From Rhodosorus marinus CCMP1338 (lineage: Eukaryota; Plantae; Rhodophyta), in contig JAMWBK010000001.1 of assembly GCA_029953675.1 (NCBI GenBank), forward strand, positions 3,410,001-3,474,000: DNA of 64,000 nucleotides. The letters are read 5' to 3'. This document shows positions 35,668-47,211 of the stretch, piece by piece (position 1 is the stretch's first letter; each line of letters starts with the position of its first letter). Below the pieces are notes generated by a model. That model had not been told where the DNA came from. It did no database searches and worked only from the letters and a program-made list of their open reading frames with translations. The position numbers and the translations under genes are program-made.

Positions 35668-36711
35668 ATGAGCACCTATCAAAGCCTTCGAGCTGCTCTC
35701 GAACAGATTGTTTCTTGCAAACTGTTTGTTGAAGGTAAGTGGCGATCCGGTTTAGAGGTTTGGAGAGGTATAGATTGGCACTTGTTGGTATCTGAAAAGT
35801 GTTTCGCTATTTTTTTGGCTTTTCCCTCGTTCGATCTTTGGGTCGCGTAGATGTTCTCTTCATTGCTCTTGGCTTGAAGCCGGTGGTAAGCACGAAAGCT
35901 GTCCCCTCCGCCTGGTAGCGAAAGGTCGGCTGAGAATCGTCATCTCACAGCTTCCCTTCACTTTTCAAACAGCTGCTCCTCTCACCGAATCATAGAGTAT
36001 CTGACGGACAGGTTCAGCGAGTCACAGAAGTTCTGCGCGAGCGAGCGGTCAGATGCGTTTCTCTGGACGGTTTTACGACATGCGTAGTGAACGTTGACCT
36101 AGTTTCCGCCAAGCTCTCTGCGCTGGAGAGCATATCGGACCTGTCCAAAGCACACGGGCTTGTGTGTCCCAGAGTTGTAGATGTCAGGCGTGCGCTTAGA
36201 TCTCCGCAGCTAGTGAATTCAGACGATCGCTTCGCGCTGTTCCATTCGGTCAAAGCTCACATCAAAAGTTTGCTAACCGGAGAACAGGTTGATGTGGATC
36301 CTAGCGTCGCTTGCGTGACCGCGGGCTGGCTTCTGGACTATCCTAGCCTGTACTATCCAAGCTACGACGGGAACTGTTTGAGTGAAGTAGCTTTGAGGTT
36401 GTACCGGTGTTACACTACAAGCAACGGGTAAGAGGCCTGGATTGCTCTCCCTCCTTTTTCAAATATCACGCGAAACACGCGTGAAAACTAGTTGTTAACC
36501 TCCGTGGCCCTCTATCAGGCGTACAGACACGATCATTTGTAGCTTCTCCACACCATCAGATGGCTCCAGTACAGAGGATGAGGATGAGGCGCTCATGGAG
36601 GAATACTGGAAACAGTTCCGCTACCGGGTAGAAAAGAAGAACCTTCAGACGATCTTCCCCAAACAGCACCATACGAGGTCGGAAGTCTGTTTGAGTCATG
36701 TCGCGCTGTGA
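35668..36711 (+). CDS. UPF0739 / C1orf74-like protein (DUF4504), 4 exons, 249 aa
   Basis: join(35668..35734,35851..35885,35973..36427,36519..36711) is phase-consistent. IALGLKPV, GWLLDYP..Y...NCLS...L, ICSFSTP and the C-terminus ..LSHVAL* match the C1orf74 pattern. Confidence 0.75.
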
Positions 36712-37567
36712 TGGGACGCCATGAGGAGACGATGTATTGGTGTCGTTCAGTTTAGGTCATCCACGTGATCACCCTATGGCTTCTCAGAGGCTTTGGACTA
36801 TCCTATCCAGTCGCTGACGCACAACTGAGAACACGATGTGGAGTAGTTGCATGGGGATAATGACCAAAGTACAACGCGTCGTCCGCTGCAAGGTTCGAGT
36901 ACCCAGCTTCGTGATGTTTGGAGATGTATAATACTCACCGCGACCCCCTAATTTAGGCAGCTGACGAACGGAGCGAAGCCCACGTGTACGTGCCCAGAAC
37001 GAGCGGATTTCGGATAGATTTGCTCTTTATCCCTGTCTAACCATGTCCGTGGGAACACAGAGTCATCTACTGAAAAGGACTGTCGCTCGGCTTCAGGGCC
37101 ACGGGAGCGCTTGGGAAGGAACGCTCGTCTAGCACGACTCCTCCCGACGAAAAGTGGTGCGTGGTCACGTTGGGAAGCTTCCAGCTACATGGAAAAACAA
37201 CTAAAACTATGTAGATGTTTCTCACCAGATGTGATAAGGCCACGAGACACGACGACCACCAGCACCGTCCTCCCTCCATCCCCTTTCTCTTCCAGATGGC
37301 AATCCGCCGCCAAACCCTTCGTTTTTCCTCCCATTTAACAGTGTTTCATTTTATGATAATATGAAACCGCCACCCTAAAACATCCCAAAATATAATCACA
37401 AGCCCTATCCATAAATTCGTTTTATAAGAAAACTTACAAACTCCCGCGCAATGTCTATTAATATTACCACTATAAGAAAATATTCGTAAATATTTAAAAT
37501 AGAAGATTTAAGGCGGTTGCGTAATTATTTAAATTATAGGATATACAAATACGAGATATTTGTAATT

Positions 37568-37893
37568 CTAGATGATAAATGGGGATGAAGGAATTGTATT
37601 TGTTTTTGTGAATGTTTGACGTATGACGGATGAGCGGAGGTCTGCGGGATGGTGGGGAGGGTATGGATTGAAGGCGTCTGGCCTGGTGTTCATGGTGACT
37701 AGGACTTTGTTTTTGAGCTCTGTCTTGGTCTTAGGGTGGTGCTTGATTTGGGCTTCGTCGTGTAGCGCAGAGGGTTTGAGTTTTTGTTTCGTCGCGATGA
37801 GGAGTTCTGGCATTGTGCTCTTGCTCTTCCTAGAAGCGTCGTAAGCTGCGAGGAGTTTTTTTCCCTTCTGGAAACCACCTCTCTGTCCCGACA
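37568..37893 (-). CDS. Hypothetical basic protein (MSGQRGGFQKGKK...); may be the last exon of a longer gene
   Basis: Open frame of more than 105 codons from the ATG near 37893, and further upstream without an ATG. No family recognised. Confidence 0.3.
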
Positions 37894-38653
37894 TCTTCGC
37901 CGCATTGAGTCTCTGATCTGAGACATAGTGGCAATAAATGCTCTGTTGTGAAATCAAGAAGACGAGTCTCCTTAACTTCAACGACCAGGATTGGCCTACA
38001 AAAGGCCCGGCTCTAGTGATGATTCCAGCGACGGCACACCGCGGTTTGGGTGAGGTGGAGTGGAGTGGAATGGAGTGGACTCCTCACAGTTTCCGGCAAT
38101 CCCCCCCCCTCCCCGCCCTCATAAACCTCCATTCACCCGAAACCAAACTCATCAATTCGTCTCTTCAACAAGGCGATTCGTATTCAAACAGTCAGTAAAA
38201 AAAATCGTTTCAAAAAGATCTCAAACTGAAACGTCGCAAAAACCCCCAAATCAGCTTTTCACATCCTTTCCCGGGGCTTCTCAGATTTACTTTTTTGGAA
38301 ATAAAACCGACCATTCGAAAATCTAATCCTTCAGATTGATTGTTTTTCAGTTAAATTCACTCCGCAATTGTTTGGAAGTGAACCTTCGGCTTCTGCGCGA
38401 CATGGACAGCTCGCTTCTGAGTCGTCTGAGGTGTGTTACAGGCTGTCCTCTACGATCGGGGTCGGGTTGGAGGGATGACGAATGAGCTAAGGTCGCCCAC
38501 CTGGGCGAGAGGGGGTACTTGCTTTTGGTTTTTGGGGAAAAATAATGTTATTGGATTTTTAAATAAATATTGAATAAGGCTTACATAGTGCAGCAAAAGG
38601 GGTACTAGCTGATGTGGTGCTTTCGGTGCAGCATGAATAAAATATTACGTGGG

Positions 38654-39584
38654 TTATGAAGGAGAACTTCCATCTTCGTGGAAGGAGCATGGCGAGGATG
38701 AGAGCAGGACCTCGTTATGCAACGGCCGCCTGCGTTTGCAGTGGTCGGGTTCCAAAGCGTTGCTGTACTGCTTTTGCACGCGCTTCCTCGGTTGCTGCTT
38801 CGGAAGATCGAGTTGAAAGCGTTCCAGAGCAAAACCAACAGTATCTTCAAGAAGCTCGGTGTCCATCTCCACGTCCAAAAGAATGGAGCGAAAGATCTCC
38901 ATCTGGGATTCATCACATGCGATCAGAAGGATGGCTGCGGCGACGGAGGAGGGGACGAAGTCGAGGGTCCAGCAGTTCGTAACAGCCATCTCCCCCAGAG
39001 CGTAAAGCTTCTCCTTGATTTTGTCCTCCGACCCGATGCTCAGGTAGAACAGCGTCAGGTACTCTGTCACTGTTGGATGATTGAGTTTCCATTCCAATAT
39101 CTGAAGGACCTCTACCTCCAGCCGATAGATCTTCTCAAGATCTGGTCCACGTGTTCCGCTATGGGAACACAGATCTTGCAAGCTGACCGTCTTCGTCTCT
39201 GTAAACTTGATTGACACGAAAAGGCACACCAGGGCCAAGTTGTACAGCTTGTTCCTTCCCACATGGGTCTTCGAGACCACTTTGTCAAAATAGATCATGG
39301 CGAGCTCAACGCACTTGATGGACAGTCCCAGACACTTCCTCAACTGTAGATGTTCAAGTTAGAAGGGAGAAGACTTGTCAGAAGACCTGACTCAAGAGAA
39401 TACTCAAACAACTGAAAGTTGAATAAAAGAGAGTACTCACCCCGCTGTACCAGTCCATAACTAGCGGCCGCATAGCGAGGCCCGATTTCTTACCGCACTG
39501 ATCAGCGCAGCCATACACGTCCTCCAATCTCAGCAGATTCCTCAGTCTCTCTATCGAAGCGCCAGATCCTCCTTTTTTCTCCAT
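38654..39584 (-). CDS. Cyclin (A/B/D-like cyclin box), 2 exons, ~277 aa
   Basis: join(39584..39441,39343..38654). MRPLVMDW, AMIYFDK, LALVCLFVSIKFTE, LEVEVLQILEWKLNHPT and DFVPSSVAAA are cyclin N/C box hallmarks. Confidence 0.88.
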
Positions 39585-42500
39585 AATAGTTAACATCCAC
39601 CCCTACCCCTCCCAAACCCCCCACCACCTTCGTAGACCAAACAACAGAAAAAAAGCCAAACCAGTAAAACCAGATACGACCTCCGCCTTCACTTCCTCGA
39701 TCAAATGCTACAAAGCTCTCATCGATCCCCTTTATATTCTCCACCCCTTCAATCGGAGCAGAAAAAAAAGAAGAAGACGGGAAATCCCAAAAGGAAAATT
39801 ACATGAATATGTCCCAACTGCTTCACCCCCCTTCTCCCCCACCTTCCCCCGACGAGGCCCCCGGGGCACCACTTACACATCAAAGCTCTTCCGGGCTCTT
39901 TAAAAAAGAAAAAAAACAAAAACAAAAACAAAACAAACAAAACAAAATATTTCCGCTGCGAATAAAACCCTTTCAAATCGGTACAGAAATGACCGTTTTT
40001 TCTCCCCTCCCTCTCTCTCTCTCCCCCCCCGCCCAATTCTTTTTTCTCGAGAATAAGTTTCCAGCAGAAAAAGGGAAAGGAGAACAGTGGCCAAGTTTCG
40101 CAAGAATTTTGGAAAGGAAGGAAACGAAAAAAAAAGAAAAAAAAGAACATTGGTTTGCAAAGTTGTTTTTTTCTTGGCCCCCGAGGCAGACGAGAACGAA
40201 ATTGTTTTCCTTGGGTTATCTGCGTTCTATCCTATCCCTTACTCGGCAACCACAACGCTTTTGGGGTAAGCACTCTCGAATCCACAAAAGGGGGGGTGGG
40301 TAGTTGACTATTCGGAGTTTTTATTTGGTTTTACCCACCCTTTGATATTCTATACTTATAACCTATTTATTTAATAATACAGGAATAAATTTGCAGTGGG
40401 GTTAGGGATGAACTAGATTTGATTTTTTCCATTGTAGGTTTAGGGCTTGGAAGATTTGTCAAACAATCGCATGTGGGAAGGCGAAACTAGTCACAAGATT
40501 TCTTTTTTTTTTTGTTTACTGGTGTTCGGAGTCGTCAGTTTTCCAAAAATGAATAATTTGTTTAAAAAAATTGAAAACGCGAAAATATTGGCCAATGGTT
40601 TTCTGGGATTACCTTTCATTTCCCCCGTTTGGGACATATTCGTAATTTGCACAATGACACAAGCCGAAAAGAAGAGATAGTTTCTCAGCCAGTGCTTTGA
40701 GCCCCCTAAGTATCAGGGACAAAATTTCTGCCGTCTAAGATAAGATATGAATAAAAAAAGTAAAAAGCACTACACTTTGGGGTGGGCTAGAACCTGATGA
40801 ACGGAAGGGGGGGGGAGGGGGAAGCAGCTGTTGGACGGTTTGCTGGAAAATTCAGTCGCAAATTCTGTTCTCATGAAAATTGAGTTGACTGAGTTTTTGA
40901 TCGAAAAATATATTCGAAAAGCATATTTTACTCGTGAGTGGAACATCTATTATGGAGGAAAGCGTTGGTTACCCTTCCAAAATACTACGAAAACGACCGT
41001 TTTTGATATTTTGGCCATGAACTGGTTTGGCCAGGCGTAGGGTTTTTCTTCGCATCTGCTTTGGAAGTTGTAGTAATATGATTGGATGGTGAACGAGTAA
41101 ACAATCTTATCGAAGAAAAAACGAGGGAGAATCTGGCCCGGCAGGGTTGTCACCAGAAACGTGAAAAAAAATTAGAAATATTGACACTTTCGCTCCGCAT
41201 CGGCAATCTCTCCTTTAGGACACATCGCGGGAAAGCAGGGGATTTTGTCTTGAGATTTTTGCTCTTTTTTTAATGCATGCACAGTAAATAGTTGACCAAT
41301 GAACTTCCTGTACCTCTTCTGTTAGCACTCCTCCAGTAATCGAGCGGCTGTTGAAAATAATTTCGCCCTGATTGGTGTTTCTTCCAACTGATCTTCACTG
41401 TTAGCCCAATCAGTGCTCTTCATTCTTGCTCAAGAAGGCGGGGAAATCGGCATATTTTTTTATGAAGGACTGTTTCAACTAGCACCTTTTCGCTTGTTCA
41501 AAAGTCATTTGTGGAGCAGCCCGATCCTCACGCCGAATCACTAGGCTCGAATTTTTCCCTCGATCAGTGTGCTAGTGGGAGTTTGGAACGCTTCCCTCCC
41601 ATTGATGCGCTCGATTTCCACAGCTAGCCGCCTTAAAAAAAAGGAGGGTAATCTACGCATCCATTCTTGCTTCGTCAATGTGAAACTAATCACTACTTAT
41701 TCCCGTATTTGGAGCTTTTGTCCCGAATGAAAATTTTTTTTGTTGGGGGGGGAGGGACGATCGCGATCACATGACAATCTAGTTGCGCGCGTCCCAATGG
41801 AACATCGAAGGAACCAACAGTCGCGCAGTACCAACATCGCCCTCTGTATGGAGTCATTCTTGAGGTGCACATTCCACATGTGGTCCGGATCGGGTCTTCT
41901 TCGTGGAGAAGATGCGCTCATCCTTTCGGGAACGTCTGGAGTTTTTCTTTTGCATGCAGGCGTCTTGATGATTCAACAGGCTTTGCTGAAGCCATTTTTC
42001 ACTCTCGCCGTTCCTGGAATCCAAGCTCCAACGCGATGAGAGCGGGCAAGCTGTGTAGACAGACGCCCCTACCCGTTTCCTACGAATCGAGAGAAGTGGG
42101 TTTCAAGTCGACTACGAGCAGGTGAGAAAACGACTGAAAATAACAAACGAATCTGAACCTGATTGTATTGACACTTCGTCGGAGAAGCGAATCAGTATAC
42201 ATCCACACCATACCTGCATGACCGCTACAAGGCCAACAAGGACTTGACAACGGCGTTGAACCAAAGAAAAAAAAAAGAGGATTGGTAAGGAACAACAGCT
42301 CGAGCCCCAAGAAAACAACTTCCCTCACTTTTTCAAATAAGGGTGGAGGTTCTAATCAATGATTCGTAAGCTGATCAAAGAACTTGCCGGGACTTGCTCC
42401 AACTCACGCATTGGAGACGGAACAGAATGGCTCCCTAGTCGGAGGCAGAGGGGATTCCTTCTTCACCAATCGATCCCCTCTTAAAACCCTGCCTGATCTT

Positions 42501-43694
42501 TCGATGTCCTCAGAAGGGGGAGGGGCGAACTGGCTTAGGATCGTTGTTCTTGGTTTCAACGAAAAATCTTTGCGACTTATATCTCCGATGGTGAGGCTAG
42601 CTGATTGCACCAACCAGGACAACTCCGCACTCCTTGCCTCTTACTAAATCTCCACCCCGCACCATTTAAAACTTAAAATTTTATACAGTCTCCTCTCCCG
42701 CCCCCTCCCGACTAGTCTTCCCCCACATCCCCTTCGTTGATTGGAGGCGAGAACATGTCAGGGCATCTATCAAAATTTACCATTTGGGACGATTTCAGAG
42801 ACTGCCCCCCTTTTTTTCTCCTTTTATTAATGGGTTTTATGTCCTGATCCCTTGAGCACTGTTTAGGGTAGAGTCATAGGACGGCAACCCCATATACAAT
42901 CTAAAACCGCTTTCCTGACGGTGCTAGGCGGCTTGGGACAAAAACCCATAAATATTTAATATTTTCTGAGCAACAATTTGAGAGAGAGAGACAGGGAGGG
43001 ACGGTGAGAGTTTTTTATATTTTACTGATGGTTTTCAGAAGGGAGTGACAAACTTTTGGGGTTCCTGTGTTTAGAAATACAAAATCATATCAAAATAATA
43101 TAATATTTAAGTTATTTTTGTTGAAATTATGGAAGACTTAGTTTGGGGGGGTTGGTGAGGAATAGAAAAATCCGGGAATTTTCCTCTTTTCATTTTTTGA
43201 ACAGGTTTAGACCCACACCCTCATCATCTTAACCCCCCCTAAAAACATAGATGAAAACGGTTGAAATAAAGGACGGCTTTCATCCAAAATGAAGTCGATG
43301 AGTTTTCTAAAACGGCTATATCTAATATTTCCTATTTCGCGACGATTCGAAATCGTTCACCATATCTTGGAAAAAAATCATAGCGGAGGAGCCAATAGGC
43401 AATTATGGAGGTGCTTCATGTGATAAAAAACAAGCATAAATCAAAAACTCTTCGTGTTTTTTTTTGGGACACCGGTTCCTTGGTTTTCAATTTGAAAACA
43501 AGGTCGACCTTGAACTTCGTTTGTTCGATATATATTTCAAGGATTACCGCCCGTGAGGGCGTTGCTTATGGTTTGCTATGATGTTTCGGTGAGGCAGAGG
43601 GTGGAGGATGTGGTATTGTCCCCCTCCATCCAGTTGTTAAAATTTTGTAAGCGTTCTACTGATTTGAAATGGTCTGCTGCCTAAGTTGTGTGCT

Positions 43695-43769
43695 TGTGTT
43701 GAGGGGGGTAGGTAGGGAGGGGGGGTAGGTAGATACCTACCCCCCTCAACGCCTACCCCCCTCAACACA
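43695..43769. repeat. Compound palindrome / hairpin, 75 bp
   Basis: TGTGTTGAGGGGGGTAGG (43695-43712) is the exact reverse complement of 43752-43769. The inner GGGGGGTAGGTA pairs with TACCTACCCCCC around a 2-nt centre. Confidence 0.9.
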
Positions 43770-44187
43770 GATGCTGAGTGGGGCTGGTAGCTTTGGACCT
43801 TGTTCAGTGAGCTCGGCTGTAGTCAACGTTGAGCTGTTTCGGACTGTACTGACTTGTGTTGCAGGCCACTTCTCATCCGACAAAGTGAGACCTGGAATAT
43901 GAAAGAGAAGAGAGGAGAATGTTTTAGCAAGGCAGAGATTCTTACAACAGCATTGAGGTTGTCACATGCTCCACAATTTGCTGTTCCATTGCAGCCAACA
44001 CGGCTTCCCTTCGTCATCAGGTTTCCATCTGCATGAACATAGGAAAGTCTCAAACAGTGATGCTTCTCAGGTCTCCTAGCCAGGGGCCGCGTTAGACCAA
44101 TACAAAAAAGCAAGGTGTTCCTGTTTTTACGCAAGCCGTCTGACGCCAGTAGCACTGAATCTGTGTTCCAAACCAGCTCGGCTTGTG

Positions 44188-44312
44188 CAGGAAGTCAATT
44201 CGCCTACCAATGACTTTCACATCCTGCCGCAGGTTTTAGTCCCCAACTAGTACGTTTTTGCAAACACGCCCTGCTTGGCCAGGAAATCAGTCCGTCTACC
44301 AGTGACTTCCAC
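44188..44312 (+). repeat. Diverged tandem duplication, 92-bp period
   Basis: CAGGAAGTCAATTCGCCTACCAATGACTTTCAC (44188) vs CAGGAAATCAGTCCGTCTACCAGTGACTTCCAC (44280): 27/33 identical, and all differences are transitions. Confidence 0.8.
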
Positions 44313-47211
44313 GACCTACCACAATATTCAGTACCTAAATCAGCACCACGTTACAATGTCCCATCGGAAGTGGGACAGGGACCATGACTCGGCCTGACTA
44401 AGAAAAAGGAGGATTGGAGACCACCTTTAGGCCTCCTAAATATCTACGCCGCGGCTATCCTTTCGAGTGCATAATCTGAGAGAGTCAATCATTACGAAGA
44501 ATTGAAAATATGTAATATCTAAACTCAGTATTATACTTCAAAAATAGTAAGGAATGGATGCATATTCAGCGTTTTATTGGCGAAAAGAAAGCACTATTTA
44601 GTTAAAAAAGAAAGATTTATTTGTTTATACATTGTTTAATGGCTAATAAGTTCGAGGGAAGAGTAAATGAAAATAGATTATTTTTAAGGAAAACCTGTCC
44701 CACATAGTGTTGCGCACTTGAGTACTTCCTTCTCAGTGCACGTTTGTCGGTCATTGATAGTAATGATGGTTCGAAACGTAGGAGATCAACTCATCCCACG
44801 CAGAAGTATCTGCCCTGTTAGTCACCCCCAAAATATTGAAATTGGTGAATAATTTAACAGCTCGGAGTTGAGTAAAGCGTTTTGCGGAGGTTGAGCTCGA
44901 ACCAACGTTCGAGCTCAGAATTCAACTTATACGATTGCAAGTGTGCTTGGGGACGAGGTTAGCCTTATGCGATCAGGTCATGTTTCCTGCTCTGTGTCGG
45001 GGGTCAGCCCCTTGGCACTCAGGCTCCTGGACAAAAGCGCTGATCTCGAGCGGGTTTTGTGTCTAGAATGTGTGGGTAGGAGTGTTTCGCTGTGAGGTAT
45101 CAGTGCTTTGTCTGGTTTCGAGATCAATGCGTAATAGATTCCTCTCTTTCCGCCTGTGTTTGACGAATCGTCTTCTTCATCGATAAATTCACAAGTCTGA
45201 CTAATTCTTCACCACTTACATCCCCGGGCCCTTCAACTGGGGACAGAGAGACAGGGTGTGAGCTCGCCAACGTGTAGTTCATCACTGAAAGTAGACTCGT
45301 TCTTAGTTTGCGCTCAATTCTTTCAACAACCACTTGCAATAGGTCTTCATAGAAGTCAGTTTAACCTCCGAAACATTTACCGTTCTTCAAAAGCAGTTGG
45401 AACGTTCACTCCTCGGACCCTCCCATTTTTGGCCAAACATACCCAAAGAAAACATTCCACACCCCTGCTGATGCTCTTATTGAGAAATCTGGAACATCTA
45501 CGCAAGAATGTGCTGGTTGTGTATGACGCGTGGTAAAGCCTTGACTTTCGTACGAGAATGTGTACCTGCTGAACTTCATCTTCAACTACCGGGGCTTGAA
45601 GTCATCCCATACGTAGGTACAAGTGCTCATGATCCTTTCGATGACTTTATGAATGGCAGGAGGTTTTCTCGAGGCGCCAACACCAGCTGAGGAGCGCAAT
45701 GTTTCTTTAAGTAGTCTTGTTGGGATAGGACTACTGCATATGAGCGGGTTAGTGTGCAAAGAATTGGACCAAAGGATGGGGATAAAACGTACGGAAGAGT
45801 AGGGCCCTATCCCAAACCTTCAACGTGCGATTCGTGCGGCCCAATCGGTTGCATACAAACATACTAGTCCAGGTCCATCACCAGATGACAGCCTTGAGCT
45901 GGTTATAGTTCCTGCACAAGCTCACACACACGTCGCACTAGAGCAAAAACAGCACGGCGATGTGAAACGATGCTGCGGAAAGGTGGAAGAAGGAAACGGG
46001 TAATCTGACGTAGATGCGTTGGTACCTGCAACGCTCTTTTGATAATCACGAAAGATATTTCAGGGAAATGTTCCCACAGCGTTCGTATTCGGCTGCTCTG
46101 CCAAGGAATACGGACCCATCAGCTTTCTGCATTGTATCCATACGCTAGTCTAGGTCCAGGAGGATCATGTTAAACAAACTGGGGCTGAGGAGGGTAGCTG
46201 CTTGGGAGTTTACTTCGCAAGGTTGGCTGGTTGATGGATTTCTTTGAAAAACAACGCAGTTCTAGTTCATTATCGCTTCTCGCGAAGATAGAACCGGCTT
46301 CGTTGGGTTCGATTTGAGGCCGTGACCAGAGGCCCATGCAGGTACCACCCTTCGACTTGCTATGGTGCTCAGGGCGACGGAGAGAGCTCTTTCGCTGTGT
46401 CTCATAGCCTAGACTGTAAATTTCAGACTCTCTCTGACAAATAACAAGGAAATTGACCTAGAGCGGGATGAAACCACGCTACAAGGTCATGAATTGGAGA
46501 ATCTGGGAAGATACAGCAAGCTACAAAGTCAACCTTGCAGCCGAATTGATGGCCCTGAGTGATGACGCTAGCGTAGAGTACCCAGTTCTGTCCCCAAATC
46601 CGAGTCGGAGACAACAGAACAAGGTGGCCTTCTGGTCAAAGCTGTTGAGTACCTTACTCAAAGTCCTCAGCGTACCAGCTCTATCTTGGCCATGGGGATA
46701 ATGCCGAGTAACCAACAAATGGCTCCCTATCCCAAAAGCCCCAGTCGCCAACAGTGCGCTGCTCCACCCACCCTCCGGACTACCGTAGCAGCGCCGCCAT
46801 GCAGAGACTATGGCCAAATCGTCCTCTGGGAATGCATACCACTATCTTAGCCTCCGCTTAGCCCTCCGAGTTCGGCCTTCCTCAAGCTAGTTTCGCTTGC
46901 CAATGGCTCGTTATCGATTCCTTGGCCCTTACTGTGGAAGCTAGTCCATATTAATAGCTCTGAAGCCTAGCTGCGGCGCTTCAGGCCGAGCTTATGACGT
47001 GACGTGCCATCCAAACGAGATTCCCACTCTACATCCAATTCCATTAATGCCCGTCGTCGTCAATTCCCAAATCATGAAAAATGGAATAAAAATGATCGGT
47101 TTACGGGGTCTGATTACTAAGGGGGAAGAAGACGGCAGGCAATGTTGTAGTTTCTGGAGTTGGGAATCGAATGGATCTTTACCGGTTTTTCTTATTTGAG
47201 GAAAGGAAAAG

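Noticed and set aside
36885-36910. tRNA suggested by GGTTCGAGT
   Set aside because: No T-stem pairing, acceptor stem or D arm. Other GTTCRA hits also failed.
36750-37340. Small minus-strand gene starting in the G-rich flank near 37330
   Set aside because: Several alternative splicings give unrelated short peptides with no recognisable motif. The G-richness is explained by the skew island.
39749-40303. Long F/K-rich ORFs on both strands (likewise 1468-1884, 62847-63567)
   Set aside because: These are artefacts of low-complexity, strand-skewed DNA that is depleted of stop codons.
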